From Candidatus Methanomethylophilaceae archaeon (lineage in GTDB: Archaea; Thermoplasmatota; Thermoplasmata; Methanomassiliicoccales; Methanomethylophilaceae), in NCBI GenBank assembly GCA_944320495.1, contig CALUHR010000013.1:487931-551930 (forward strand): 64,000 nt of DNA, written 5' to 3'. Positions 1-10,344 of this stretch are shown here, one piece after another; the first letter of the stretch is position 1; each line of letters opens with the position of its first letter. Under the pieces are notes generated by a model. The model did no database searches. It saw only the letters and a program-made list of their open reading frames with translations, and had not been told where the DNA came from. A program made the translations under genes and the position numbers.

Positions 1-5
1 CCCCT

Positions 6-659
6 TCGGTCCTTCTCGAACATGTGCTTCGGGGAGGTCAGCGGACGGGTCCAGAGCGGGTCGTCCTCCAGCCTCTCCAGGTCGAGTGCCAGATTGCGGA
101 GGCTCCCGCCGTACGACGGGTCCCCGGCAATCCTGCGGATGGTCTTCGAGTCATCGCCGGAGCGCGTCTCCAGGCCCGACATCCTCAGGGCGCCGTCCAT
201 GAGGTCCGCCGCGCGGAGGAGGAGCGTCTGCGCCTCGCGTAGCATGCCTATGCGGGTGTCCGGGTCGACCTTCGCCCTCCTGCCGATCTCGTACCGGGCG
301 GGCTTGGTCTCCGTACCTTTGGCTATGTATCCGCATCTCCTGCAGGACCTGCTCATCTCCACGGTCCCCCCGTCGAGGGTGCGGTTGCGGACCGATGTCA
401 TCGGGTTGCCGCACACGGGGCACAGGTCGCCGACGGGGCGGTCGCTGGACGCGTAGCTGATCTCCAGGTTGATGAGCCCCCTCTCGATCCCGATGCGCCT
501 GACGCGGTCGGCCCCGACCCTGAAGAGCGGGTCGCGGTACGCCAGGTCGGCGGCGACGGCGTCGCAGAGCTCCCTCTGGGAGCGCATGCGCGGACACCGG
601 ACGAGGCAGTCGTCGATGGACCTGGCCACCTCGTCGTCGCTGGGGATCCTGTAGGCCAT
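6..659 (-). CDS. Hypothetical protein with Zn-ribbon (CPVC...CRRC)
   Basis: ATG at 659 (MAYRIPSDDEVARSIDDCLVR...DLCPVCGNPM...RSCRRCGY). Host-like codon bias. No canonical stop before the window edge; first in-frame CGA at 8-6. Confidence 0.6.
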
Positions 660-712
660 GCGGCCTGGATGTGCATTCCCGTTTATATTCTCGGTGCGCA
701 TCGGTCAGACGA

Positions 713-795
713 GCGGGGGTAGCCGAGTCGGACAAAGGCGCGGGACTTAAGATCCCGTCCGCAGAGGTTCAGGGGTTCGAATCCCCTTCCCCGCA
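713..795 (+). tRNA. tRNA-Leu (anticodon TAA)
   Basis: GCGGGGG/TCCCCGC acceptor stem, CGGGA-CTTAAGA-TCCCG anticodon arm, long variable arm, GGTTCGAATCC T-loop. TATA-like TTTATAT upstream at about 682. Confidence 0.95.
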
Positions 796-839
796 CCTTC
801 TCAGAAAATAGTATACGGGCGTCGTCCGATACGAACCCC

Positions 840-1112
840 ATGTCTGAGAAAAGCGACGAATTCAAGGTCCAGCTCCTGGAGACCTTCGCCTCCCTCATCA
901 CCGCCGCGTTCGGTCTCGTGGCCGCGCTGGCGTGGAACGAGGCGATCAAGCAGGCCGTGGCCGTGGTCTTCCAGTCATCTGACGACCTGGTCGGGCTCAC
1001 CGTCTACGCGGTCATCGTGACCGTCCTGGCGGTCATCATGACCCTGCTCATCGCCCGTTCGCTGAGCAAGGCGAAGAAGGCCCTCCACCTCGCCAAGGAG
1101 GACAAGGAGTGA
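840..1112 (+). CDS. Small two-TM membrane protein (DUF5654-like)
   Basis: LITAAFGLVAALAWNEAIKQ motif and two hydrophobic helices; TGA stop. Confidence 0.75.
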   Translation: MSEKSDEFKVQLLETFASLITAAFGLVAALAWNEAIKQAVAVVFQSSDDLVGLTVYAVIVTVLAVIMTLLIARSLSKAKKALHLAKEDKE

Positions 1113-1114
1113 CC

Positions 1115-2287
1115 TCGGGTCCGGGTCCTGCGCCCGGGCCCGCGAAACATCTTTTTGAGCACTATCCCGCGGCTGGTCAGGTAGCTGAGCAGCGCGTTCC
1201 CGGTGAGCTCCTCGGTCTGGGGCCCCTTTCTGACATAGAATATCTCTATCTTCCCGTCCTTCAGGAACACCGGCTTGGGGCAGCTCTCGCAGTGCACGTG
1301 GATGACGGCCTTCCCGTCGATGTCCACGATCCTCGAGGTTATGAACGGCAGGAACCCCGACCCTATCTGGGACGAAATCAGGTTCCCGAGGTGGAGTCCC
1401 ATCTTGTCCCTGCTCCCGTCGAACGAGTCCACGTCGGCGCCTATGACCGAGCCGTCGTCGGCGACCCCCACGAGGAGGTCCCCTCCGTCCGAGTTGAGGA
1501 AGGCCACGATGGTCTTCAACACGGCCTTCTCCATCCTCTTGTCGTTCTCGCCTGTGGCCAGGTTGGTCCTGAGGGTGGACTTGTACTCCGTCCATTCGGA
1601 CTCGCCCTCCTCGATGATGCGGCGGATCGCCGCCTCCTCCGCGCCCTCCAGCCCTATGGTCTCGGAGTTCTCCTCCAGGAACGTGTTGACGATGCCGTCG
1701 AACACGCTGTCCCTGCGCTGGAACGTGTGCAGGGCGGCCACCACGAGCGCTCCGATCAGGATGTAGGTGAGGTCCTCCATGAAGACGCCCAGGCTCAGGC
1801 CGTCTCTGTAGGGCGCGATCTGCGCGATCCAGTACTGGAGCATCCTCGTGAGGGTGTACGCGGAGAGGGCGATGCAGATCGAGATGAACGACACGGTCGC
1901 ACGGCTCCCGTCGCGGTCCTTCGGCAGCGTGCGCAGGACCGAGTAGACGAGGATCATCCCCAGGAGGCCCAGGTTCATCCCCGTGACCAGGTTCGTCATG
2001 ATCAGCAGGGCCCCGCCGTCGGCGGCCAGGCGTCCGAAGAACGCCAGGAAGAACGCCAGGACGACCAAGACGATGAGCTCCGGCGGGACGTGGATGGCCT
2101 TGCGGTCGGTGAACACGGCCAGCCCGAAGATGATGACCATAGGTATGCCGGTCAGGCCGGCGGTCATCTCCCCCACGGCGAAGCTGATCGCCGTGAACAC
2201 GACGATTATCGCGAAGGAGATGCAGTAGAACGCATACGCGCCGCGCTTCAGCCTGTGCTGCCCGATTGGGCCACCGTGTTCGGCCAT
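1115..2287 (-). CDS. Multi-pass membrane protein fused to a C-terminal Schlafen/AlbA_2 domain
   Basis: ATG 2287; about 6-7 hydrophobic segments, then IIEEGESEWTEYKSTLR...LKTIVAFLNSDGGDLLVGVADDGSVIG...FYVRKGPQTEEL (AlbA_2 pattern). In-frame CGA at 1117-1115; canonical stop only at 1004, inside the convergent gene. Confidence 0.8.
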
Positions 2288-2413
2288 GTCCGTAGAACGG
2301 AGTGGCCGACTTAACGGCTTCGGGGGTCCCCAGTCTCCCCCTACGTACGTATACATACGCCGTACCTCGGATACCGAGGACGGGTTTAAGCCACGTCCGC
2401 GCATCCACGTATC

Positions 2414-3040
2414 ATGGACAGGATCATCACAGTCACGGGTGCAGGCGTCGCGACGGCAAAGCCGGACCAGGTCAGGATAGACGGGACCATAAGCGGACAC
2501 CGCACGGACTACGCCTCCGCCGTCGAGGCCTCCGCCTCGTCGGTCGCCGAGCTCAGGAAGATCATCGGGGAGGCCGGGTTCGACATGGACCTCCTCAAGA
2601 CGACCGGGTTCTCGGTCTCCGCCTCGTACAAACAGGTGGAGAGGGACGGGGCCAGGGTCATGGCCTTCGACGGGTTCAGCTACAGCCACGGGGTCAGGAT
2701 AACCGTCGACGCCGGGGAGGACGGCCTCGGGAGGCTCCTGGAAGCGATGCTCGGATGCGCCAACGCGCCGGAGTTCCGCGTCTCCTACACGGTCAGCGAT
2801 CCCACGGAGCCCATGGCCCGCGCCAGGGCGGAGGCCGTGAGGGACGCCAGGCACAGGGCCAAGGACCTGGCCGAGGCCGCCGGTGTCAGGCTCGGGTCGC
2901 TGGTGTCGATATCCTACGTCTCCAGCCCGTGCAACGTCGCCACCCCCAGGATGAGGGCGATGTCGATGGACATGGGGAGCATCGTCCCCGAGGACGCGGA
3001 GTTCCACGACTCGGTCACGATGGAGTGGGAGATCCTCTGA
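2414..3040 (+). CDS. SIMPL domain (DUF541) protein
   Basis: ITVTGAGVATAKPDQVRI N-terminus, ARAEAVRDARHRAKDLAEAAGVRLG, and SVTMEWEI C-terminus. Confidence 0.85.
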   Translation: MDRIITVTGAGVATAKPDQVRIDGTISGHRTDYASAVEASASSVAELRKIIGEAGFDMDLLKTTGFSVSASYKQVERDGARVMAFDGFSYSHGVRITVDAGEDGLGRLLEAMLGCANAPEFRVSYTVSDPTEPMARARAEAVRDARHRAKDLAEAAGVRLGSLVSISYVSSPCNVATPRMRAMSMDMGSIVPEDAEFHDSVTMEWEIL

Positions 3041-3092
3041 CGTCAGTCCCGGAAACGCTTCAATCATAAGGGGGGACTCCATCCCCCATGCC

Positions 3093-4241
3093 ATGAAGGA
3101 CCTCCTCGCCGGGATAGGGGCCAGGGAGCCCCGCGCGAAGATCGCGCTGATAGTTCTGATCATAGCGGTGGCATCCACGGCGGGGGTCCTGACATACTCC
3201 GTCCTCTCGTCGGACCATCCGGAGCTGGAGCTTGTCAGAGGGGACCTCACCGTGAAGGGGTCCATCGCACAGGAGGGCGTCGAGGCCGACGAGTACGCCG
3301 GCGTGGCCACGCTCACTTACGAGCTGTCCGGTTCGGATATAGAGTGGCGCGTACTGGACCTGGACGACACGGCCTTCGTCCGCGACATCGGAGGCGGGTA
3401 CTCGGAGCGCGGGTACACGACGGCATCCAACGGCCGCACGCTGACCATCGACGAGCCCGGCCGCTACTCCGTCAGGCTCTATGTGGATGGGGACCTCGAC
3501 CGCAGCGGCACCGCCGTTCTCGACGGACCGGTCGACAGGACGTTCTCATGGAAGCAGACGCTCGCCTCCGGGTCATCCCACAGCTACTCCGTGTCCGTCC
3601 GCTACATGTACTCCGACTACCTGGGCTATTGCCAGGACGATGTCGTCCGCCATCAGAACGAGGACTCGGATGCCAGGTTCGTCGTGATCGACGACACCAT
3701 CAGGATGCTGGAGTCCGCCCTGGAGGCCGAGTACAGGGAGGTGCGCGGGAGCGCTGCCGTCATCGGCGGCCAGGACTACGCGGACTACTTGCTGTCCTTC
3801 GTCCAGTGCTGCATCTCGTACCCCGATCCGATATCGTCCGCGGACGGCGGATACGTCCTCGACACGGAGGAGGGCAGCGGGGACATGTTCCTCCACGGCG
3901 AGTGGGAACGCTGGTCGTATCCACTGGAGACGATCCACACGGGCTACGGGGACTGCGAGGACACCGCGTTCCTCGCCGCATCCCTGTTCTCCGCCGCCGG
4001 ATACGGCGCGGCCATAGCAACGATCCCCAACCACATGGTGACGGCTGTGGTGCTCGCGGACTTCACCCCGCATTCCGCGGTCACAGGCCTGGAGCTGGCC
4101 GAGAAGAGGGTCACATCCACAGGGGAGAACCTGTTCTTCTGCGAGACGACGACGGATCTGGCCGTCCCGTGCGGATACGTCACGAAGGAGGTCCTGGACG
4201 GCATCGATGCCCTGGACAGCGTCACGATGGTGGTGCCGTGA
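3093..4241 (+). CDS. Membrane-anchored transglutaminase-like (Cys-His) protein
   Basis: N-terminal TM helix; YPLETIHTGYGDCEDTAFLAASL...NHMVTAV motif. Confidence 0.7.
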   Translation: MKDLLAGIGAREPRAKIALIVLIIAVASTAGVLTYSVLSSDHPELELVRGDLTVKGSIAQEGVEADEYAGVATLTYELSGSDIEWRVLDLDDTAFVRDIGGGYSERGYTTASNGRTLTIDEPGRYSVRLYVDGDLDRSGTAVLDGPVDRTFSWKQTLASGSSHSYSVSVRYMYSDYLGYCQDDVVRHQNEDSDARFVVIDDTIRMLESALEAEYREVRGSAAVIGGQDYADYLLSFVQCCISYPDPISSADGGYVLDTEEGSGDMFLHGEWERWSYPLETIHTGYGDCEDTAFLAASLFSAAGYGAAIATIPNHMVTAVVLADFTPHSAVTGLELAEKRVTSTGENLFFCETTTDLAVPCGYVTKEVLDGIDALDSVTMVVP

Positions 4242-5404
4242 GCCTCCGTGCGATGGGGCTCCTGGCCCTCATCGCGGCGATCGCCGTGGCGACCGTCGCG
4301 ATCCTCAGCCTCGGGGGAGGCCAGACCGCCGACGAGCATCCGTCGTACGATTATCCGGACGGGGTCGCGGTCGACGGGGAGGCCGGGACGGTCTCCATGG
4401 AGGGCGCGGGCACCTGGTACGTCCTGGACCTGACCGCACCCTACGGCACCGCTACCGACGGGGGCCTGGAGGTCGCCGGATGGGAGACGATGCATGGGGA
4501 CACGATACACCTGGACCCGGGGATCTACACGCTCAGGACCGGGGACCTCGAGTTCGACGCCGTGATGGACGGCGAGATCCGCAGGGAGGCCTCCTGGCAG
4601 TACGACCTCGACGGGGCAGTCCTCACGGTCACGGTGGCCTACGGAATCGACCCCCACGACCTCTACGCGGAGTACCTTGTAGCCGAGGCCTATAACGAGG
4701 GGAGCTCCGCGGGCGGAGAGGACACCCGCCGCTTCTCGGACCTGCCTGGTCTCGCGATGGGGTCGGACACCGTCGATTCGCTGGTGGGTTCCCTGGTATC
4801 CGAGTTCTCCAGGATAGGAGGCGATGCCGGCGACCGTCAGGCCCTGGCCGACTTCCTGGCCTCGTTCCCGCAGCTCGCGATAGAGTATCCCGACCGTGTG
4901 TACGAGGACGGTTCGATGGCTGGAGAGGACATGGAGATCTATGGCGCCGACGAGTACTGGGCGGCACCGCTCCAGACGCTGGCCATGATGAAGGGCGACT
5001 GCGAGGACACCGCCGTCCTCCTGGCCGCGATGTACGCCTCCGCAGGATACGACGCGGCGGTAGGAGGGACGAACGGGCACGTGTTCGCAGGGGTCGCGAT
5101 CCCGGGTTTCGAGGAGGTCCCCGCCGATCGTCTGGACGATCTCGGATACGGGTACTTCCGCCTGGCCGCGTCCGTGCCGGTGGAGGGCACCTGCGAGGGC
5201 GGGACAGCGTCCACGGTGTTCTACGCGGCGGAGACGACGAGGGACCAGGTGCCGGTGGGCTACATGTCCGGCGGCTCCTCCCAGTTCGGACGCGGGACCC
5301 AGTGGGGCACCGCGGGCTTCTATCCTCTGGATGCGGCGGCTGGGCTTTCGTCCTCTCAGATGTCCGGGTCCGGCGCCGAGTCGGGGATCCACGGCTCGTC
5401 GTGA
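4238..5404 (+). CDS. Second membrane-anchored transglutaminase-like protein (paralog)
   Basis: GTGA overlap with the upstream stop (alternative ATG 4253); TM anchor; PLQTLAMMKGDCEDTAVLLAAM...GHVFAGV; TGA at 5404 overlaps the convergent gene by 49 nt. Confidence 0.65.
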   Translation: MSLRAMGLLALIAAIAVATVAILSLGGGQTADEHPSYDYPDGVAVDGEAGTVSMEGAGTWYVLDLTAPYGTATDGGLEVAGWETMHGDTIHLDPGIYTLRTGDLEFDAVMDGEIRREASWQYDLDGAVLTVTVAYGIDPHDLYAEYLVAEAYNEGSSAGGEDTRRFSDLPGLAMGSDTVDSLVGSLVSEFSRIGGDAGDRQALADFLASFPQLAIEYPDRVYEDGSMAGEDMEIYGADEYWAAPLQTLAMMKGDCEDTAVLLAAMYASAGYDAAVGGTNGHVFAGVAIPGFEEVPADRLDDLGYGYFRLAASVPVEGTCEGGTASTVFYAAETTRDQVPVGYMSGGSSQFGRGTQWGTAGFYPLDAAAGLSSSQMSGSGAESGIHGSS

Positions 5405-6201
5405 GCCTCGGCGTCCCCCACCGCGATCTCGTCGCCGACATCGATCGTCATGAGGTCCCTGGCCGCGATCGTCCTGATCCCGGTGGCCCTCTCGGCCATG
5501 CGGGCCTGGTCGTCCGCCCCCTTCCTGAGGATGACGATCCCCAGGTGGACGAACACCGCGAGCTCCGGCCTGACGCGGTCTATGAACGTTATCGCGTCGT
5601 CGGTGCAGAGGTGGAAGTGGATGCGGTTCCCCATAGGGGTCGTGACCGGCAGGAGCAGCACCCTGCTTCCGACGTACTGGTCGGCTATCTCGTCGGAGTA
5701 CGCCGTATCGCTGACGTAGGAGAGTATCCCGTGCCCGGTGTCGAACCTGAACCCGACGTTGGTGGGGTCGCTGTGGTCCGCCCGGCAGACCTCGGTCCGC
5801 AAGCCGTCGATGTCGAGGACGTCCCCGGGATGGAACACGGACACGTGCTCCGGCCTGCTCAGGTGGTAGGCGGAAACCGCCGGTCCCAGCCCGTCCTTCC
5901 CGTCGATCACGGTCTCCGAGCCGTACAGGGACCCGCGCCTCTCCCATCCTCCGCGGGTCATGCCCTCGATGACGCTCTCCGCGTCGGAATAATGGTCGGG
6001 GTGGCAGTGCGAGATGACGACCGACTCGGTGCGGGTCAGGTCGTACCTGATCCTCTGCATGTTGGTCAGGGCCCCCGGTCCGGGGTCTATGTGCAGAAAG
6101 CGGCCGTCGTGCTCCACCAGGAACCCGCCGGTGCTGCGGGTCTGGTACATGGTGGTGTGACGCCCACCGCCGGTCCCCAGGAAGGTCATGCGGAAGCCCA
6201 T
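5356..6201 (-). CDS. MBL-fold metallo-hydrolase
   Basis: MTFLGTGGG...IDPGPG...SHCHPDHYSD (HxHxDH-like), ADHSD, YVSDT. Confidence 0.85.
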   Translation of the reverse strand: MGFRMTFLGTGGGRHTTMYQTRSTGGFLVEHDGRFLHIDPGPGALTNMQRIRYDLTRTESVVISHCHPDHYSDAESVIEGMTRGGWERRGSLYGSETVIDGKDGLGPAVSAYHLSRPEHVSVFHPGDVLDIDGLRTEVCRADHSDPTNVGFRFDTGHGILSYVSDTAYSDEIADQYVGSRVLLLPVTTPMGNRIHFHLCTDDAITFIDRVRPELAVFVHLGIVILRKGADDQARMAERATGIRTIAARDLMTIDVGDEIAVGDAEAHDEPWIPDSAPDPDI

Positions 6202-6323
6202 GCTTGCGGGAAGCACTTCGTCTTATTTCGTATTGGCGAACGACCCCTCCCCAGGAGACCTGGATGCATATGCCGACCTTCCGAACGAAACCTATTCACG
6301 ATGCGTCCTGCATCCGCCCCCTC

Positions 6324-7613
6324 ATGATCACAGCCATCCGCAACGCCTGGATCGTCACCCAGGACGCCCAGCGCAGGGTCCTGAAGGGGGACGTCGTCAT
6401 AGACGGCGAGAGGATCGTCTCCGTGGGCCCGGCGTACGACGGCACCGCAGACAGGGAGATCGACGCCACCGGCGACATCGTGATGCCGGGGATGATCAAC
6501 ACCCACACCCACATCTCGATGTCCGTCATGAAGGGGGTCGTGGACGACCTGGCATTCCCGGACTTCCTGGACAGGACGTTCAAGATCGACTCCGACCGCA
6601 CCGACGACGACCTCGAGGTCGGCACCAAGCTCGGATGCATGGAGATGATGCGCGGTGGCACGACCACGTTCATGGACCTCTACTACTCGGAGGACGTCAT
6701 CGCGAAGGCCACGCAGGAAGCGGGCATCCGCGGAGTGCTCTGCTGGTGCGTCCTCGACGAGGACAAGACCACCCAGAAGGGCAACCCCCTGGACAACTGC
6801 CGCAGGTTCATCGAGACCCACAGGGGCAGGAGGAAGATCGTCCCCGGCGTGGGGCTCCAGGGCGTGTACGTTTGCGATGAGGACACCTGCGTCGGCGCGA
6901 AGGCCCTCTCGGACGAGATGCAGGCGCCCATGAACTTCCACCTGTCGGAGACGCAGGGCGAGGTCAACGAGCACAAGCGCAAGACCGGCCAGCGTCCCGC
7001 CGAGTGGCTGTCGGGCATCGGGGTCCTCGGACCCAGAGGCGTCGCGGCGCATTCCGCCTACCTCACCATGAGGGAGGTCAGGCTCATGGGCGAGGCAGGG
7101 ATGTCCATATCCAGCTGTCCCGCGTCCAACATGAAGCTCGCCACCTCCGGCCTCGCCCCCGTCCCGCAGTTCCAGCAGAGCGGGGTCAACGTGACCATCG
7201 GCACCGATGGGAGCACCACAAACAACACCCTCGACATGTTCGCCGAGATGAGGCTCCTGGGGCTCCTGCAGAAGTTCGGCAACTGGGACGCGACCGTCGC
7301 CCCCGCCCAGGATCTCCTGGACTTCGCCACCATCAACGGCGCGAAGGCGGTCGGCATGGCCGACTCCATCGGATCCATCGAGCCCGGCAAGTACGCCGAC
7401 CTTGTGATCCTGGACGGGAAGGCCCCCAACCTGAGGCCGCTGCTCCCCGAGAACATCATCGCCAACATAGTCTACTCCGGCAACAGCCTGAACGTGAAGA
7501 CCGTGATGTGCCAGGGCGACGTCGTCGTCGAGGACGGACGCATCACCACCCTGGACACCGAGGACGTCCTGGCCAGGTCCGAGGACGCCTGGCGCTACCT
7601 CTGCCTGAGATGA
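6324..7613 (+). CDS. Amidohydrolase, MTA/SAH (5'-deoxyadenosine) deaminase family
   Basis: PGMINTHTH, FHLSET, AAHS, CPASNMKLA, IGTDGSTTNNTLDMF, GSIEPGKYADLVI. ATG 6324. Confidence 0.85.
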   Translation: MITAIRNAWIVTQDAQRRVLKGDVVIDGERIVSVGPAYDGTADREIDATGDIVMPGMINTHTHISMSVMKGVVDDLAFPDFLDRTFKIDSDRTDDDLEVGTKLGCMEMMRGGTTTFMDLYYSEDVIAKATQEAGIRGVLCWCVLDEDKTTQKGNPLDNCRRFIETHRGRRKIVPGVGLQGVYVCDEDTCVGAKALSDEMQAPMNFHLSETQGEVNEHKRKTGQRPAEWLSGIGVLGPRGVAAHSAYLTMREVRLMGEAGMSISSCPASNMKLATSGLAPVPQFQQSGVNVTIGTDGSTTNNTLDMFAEMRLLGLLQKFGNWDATVAPAQDLLDFATINGAKAVGMADSIGSIEPGKYADLVILDGKAPNLRPLLPENIIANIVYSGNSLNVKTVMCQGDVVVEDGRITTLDTEDVLARSEDAWRYLCLR

Positions 7614-8434
7614 GAGCGGAGTTCGAGGTGCCGGACATACCGGCGATCAGGTCCGAGGGCCTGACGCCGGTGGACATGCACTACCACACCAGCTGCTCGG
7701 ACTCGGACACGGACCCCGTCGCCGCCCTCCGCCTGGCCGAGCGCATGGGCGTGGGGTTCGCGGTCACCGACCACAACCTGATCCAGTCGGTGCTGAGGCT
7801 GAAGGAGGTACGCTCCTCCGTCCCCGTCGTCCCGGGGATGGAGGTCAGCACCACCGACGGCCCGCACATACTGGTCTACTTCCCCACCTCCAGGTCCCTG
7901 GAGAGGTTCTGGTACACGCGCATCCGCCCCCGCATCCAGGAGAACCCGTGGCTGGCCCTCAGGGACTGCACCACCGAGAGGCTCCTGGACATGTGCGAGA
8001 TGGAGGACTGCGTCGTCTCCGCCGCCCACCCCTCGGGATACTTCAACACCAACAAGGGCGTCGAGATCTGCATCCGCAAGGGCATCCTCATGCCGTCGGT
8101 GGCAAGGCGTCTCGACGCATACGAGGTGATCTCCGGGGGAATGACCCGCGAGTCCAACGAGAACTCCATAGCCGCCGCCAAGGAGTACGGGCTGGGGTTC
8201 ACAGGGGGCACCGACTCCCACGTCCTCAACGGCCTCGGAGGCGTCGTCACCGTGTGCCAGTCGTCCACCGTGGAGGGGATCCTGGAGGACGTGAGGCACC
8301 ATCGGGTGGACGTGATCGGACAGGAGAAGAACATCCGCGAGAAGGTCGTCACCGGCTCCGCCTCCGCCATGAAGTTCGCCCTCCACGTGCCCTCGACCGT
8401 ATCGGTGAAGGCTCGCGGGATGGTCCGGAGACGA
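7610..8434 (+). CDS. PHP-domain metal-dependent phosphoesterase
   Basis: ATGA overlap with the deaminase; DMHYHT, AVTDHN, AAHP, GGTDSH motifs. In-frame CGA at 8432-8434 abuts the convergent stop; the canonical ORF would run to 9940. Confidence 0.8.
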
Positions 8435-10240
8435 TCACTGGTCGTCTTCCTGCTCCTGCTCCGCCATCTCGGCCCTTGTCTGGCGGCGCTTCCTCACGTA
8501 AAGGACGAGTATCGCCAGCGCGGCCACCGCTATGATCGCCGCATAGTACCACAGCTCCACCTCGACGGCGTTGGGGACGATCAGGATTATCAGGAAGTCG
8601 ATCAGCACGATCAGGAGGTACGTGTTGATGTCCAGGAAGTTCAGGAACCTCTCGTATATGGCGACGGGGTTCGAGTCGCGCCCCTCCCTGTTGGCGATGC
8701 GCTTGGCCCCGCCGATGATGATCTCGTCCAGGAACTTCACGTTGTTGATCATGTAGTACGTGGGGATCGTCAGGAACAGGAAGTTCATGCCGAGGATCAT
8801 CAGGACCCATCCGGTCTGATTCCATCCGAAGGACTCCAGCAGCCATTCGCTCAGCGGAGGCGTGAGGAAGTAGAAGGCGATCTCTATCGCCGCGATGACC
8901 AGGATGTTGATGTACGCATGGGTCATGCTGCGGTAGACGGCCTTCTGGGACTTCTTCGAGGACGCGGAGAGGCGGTCGTAGGTCCTGGACCTGGCGTCGT
9001 TGAGCGAGCAGCATGCCGCGTAGATGGGGCGGGGGCACTTGGACACGACCCCGTCCCAGATGCTCCCCGCATAGCGCGACACGATCGGGAGGGTTATCAT
9101 CGAGAGCAGGGCCGCGCCGATGACCGAGGTGTAGAACCCGTCGTCTATGACCCCGTCAGCCAGCGCCTCGGCGGCGATGATGAACGCGAACTCCCCCATG
9201 GCGCAGAGGTTGATCGCCGAAAGGAACCCGTTCCTGCAGGTCTCGTTCCCGATCCAGTACGCCAGGAACCCGTTGCAGGTCATCAGGACGAAGTAGATGA
9301 CGAAGAAGATCAGGATGGTGCCGATGTTGTCCACCAGGATGGACGCTGGATAGACCTCCGCACCTATGCTGATGAAGAACACGGCCATGAACAGGTCCCT
9401 CATGGGGCCGATCTTGCTGTTCACGTCCTTGGCCTTCCTGCTGCTGGCCACCATCATGCCCATCAGGAACGCTCCGATGGCCATGGACAGGCCGGCGTAT
9501 GTGGCCAGCAGGGCCATGAGGAACGCCAGTCCGACGGATGCGACCGTGAGGATCTCGTCGGACACGTTGTCGGAGATCCAGTTGATGATCCTCGGCACGA
9601 CCCTCAGGCCCACGACGATGCTGATGACCATGAACACGAGGATCTTGACGATCAGGACGATGATCTCGTTGATGTCCATCCCGCCCATCTCCCCGGCGGA
9701 GTAGTTCGCCATCAGCGGCGTGATCATGGAAAGGATGATGACCTGGCCGATGTCCTCCATGATGGCGACGAGGATGAGCATGTCCACGTGGTCGCGGTCG
9801 AGCTTGTTCTGCGTCTTCAGCACGGCGAGCAGCACGGCGGACGAGGATCCGGAGATTATGGCGCCCAGCACGAGGGACTGGGTCATGTCGTAGCCGAGGA
9901 GCGTCCCGGCCACGAATCCCCCTGTGAGCATGAGGGGTAGCAGGATGACCACCACGAGGATGGCGAAGGACCCCTGCTTGCGGATCTTCTTGATGTTGAT
10001 CTCCAGCCCTATGCAGAACATCAGCAGGACCAGTCCGAAGTCCTTCAGGAAGGAGATGATCTCCTCTTCGGCGAGGATCGTCCCCTTGTCCTGGAAGAGG
10101 AACATGACGTTGACCAGGACGATGCCCGCGATGATGTATCCGATGAGCGGGGGCAGCTTGAACTTGTTGAAGACGATGGAACAGACCGCGGCGAGCAGCG
10201 AGAACAGCGCCAGCGCCGTCAGCATCACCGTCTCTTCCAT
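8435..10240 (-). CDS. CPA2 family cation:proton antiporter (KefB-like)
   Basis: About 13 TM segments; GLVLLMFCIGLEIN, SSSAVLL, ILVAIMEDI, GAFLMG, RDLFMAVFFISIG motifs; extra C-terminal TM domain. Confidence 0.85.
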   Translation of the reverse strand: MEETVMLTALALFSLLAAVCSIVFNKFKLPPLIGYIIAGIVLVNVMFLFQDKGTILAEEEIISFLKDFGLVLLMFCIGLEINIKKIRKQGSFAILVVVILLPLMLTGGFVAGTLLGYDMTQSLVLGAIISGSSSAVLLAVLKTQNKLDRDHVDMLILVAIMEDIGQVIILSMITPLMANYSAGEMGGMDINEIIVLIVKILVFMVISIVVGLRVVPRIINWISDNVSDEILTVASVGLAFLMALLATYAGLSMAIGAFLMGMMVASSRKAKDVNSKIGPMRDLFMAVFFISIGAEVYPASILVDNIGTILIFFVIYFVLMTCNGFLAYWIGNETCRNGFLSAINLCAMGEFAFIIAAEALADGVIDDGFYTSVIGAALLSMITLPIVSRYAGSIWDGVVSKCPRPIYAACCSLNDARSRTYDRLSASSKKSQKAVYRSMTHAYINILVIAAIEIAFYFLTPPLSEWLLESFGWNQTGWVLMILGMNFLFLTIPTYYMINNVKFLDEIIIGGAKRIANREGRDSNPVAIYERFLNFLDINTYLLIVLIDFLIILIVPNAVEVELWYYAAIIAVAALAILVLYVRKRRQTRAEMAEQEQEDDQ

Positions 10241-10344
10241 CTTCCCTCCGTGGCCGGTGATTTGGCGGTTATTTATATAATGTTTCGAGCCCCGGGTCTC
10301 CGTCGCAAGAGGGTTTATTAATGCGATTCCGATGGCCTTCCGAC

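Noticed and set aside
5356-5404. 49-nt convergent overlap between the second transglutaminase-like gene and the MBL gene
   Set aside because: There is no in-frame CGA here, so it is not counted for the CGA pattern. It is treated as an ordinary overlap and shows that not every overlap is explained.
7004-9940. 978-aa ORF suggesting a PHP fusion protein
   Set aside because: The N-terminal part is an off-frame shadow of the deaminase and the C-terminal part is the antisense of the antiporter. Only 7610-8434 is PHP-like.
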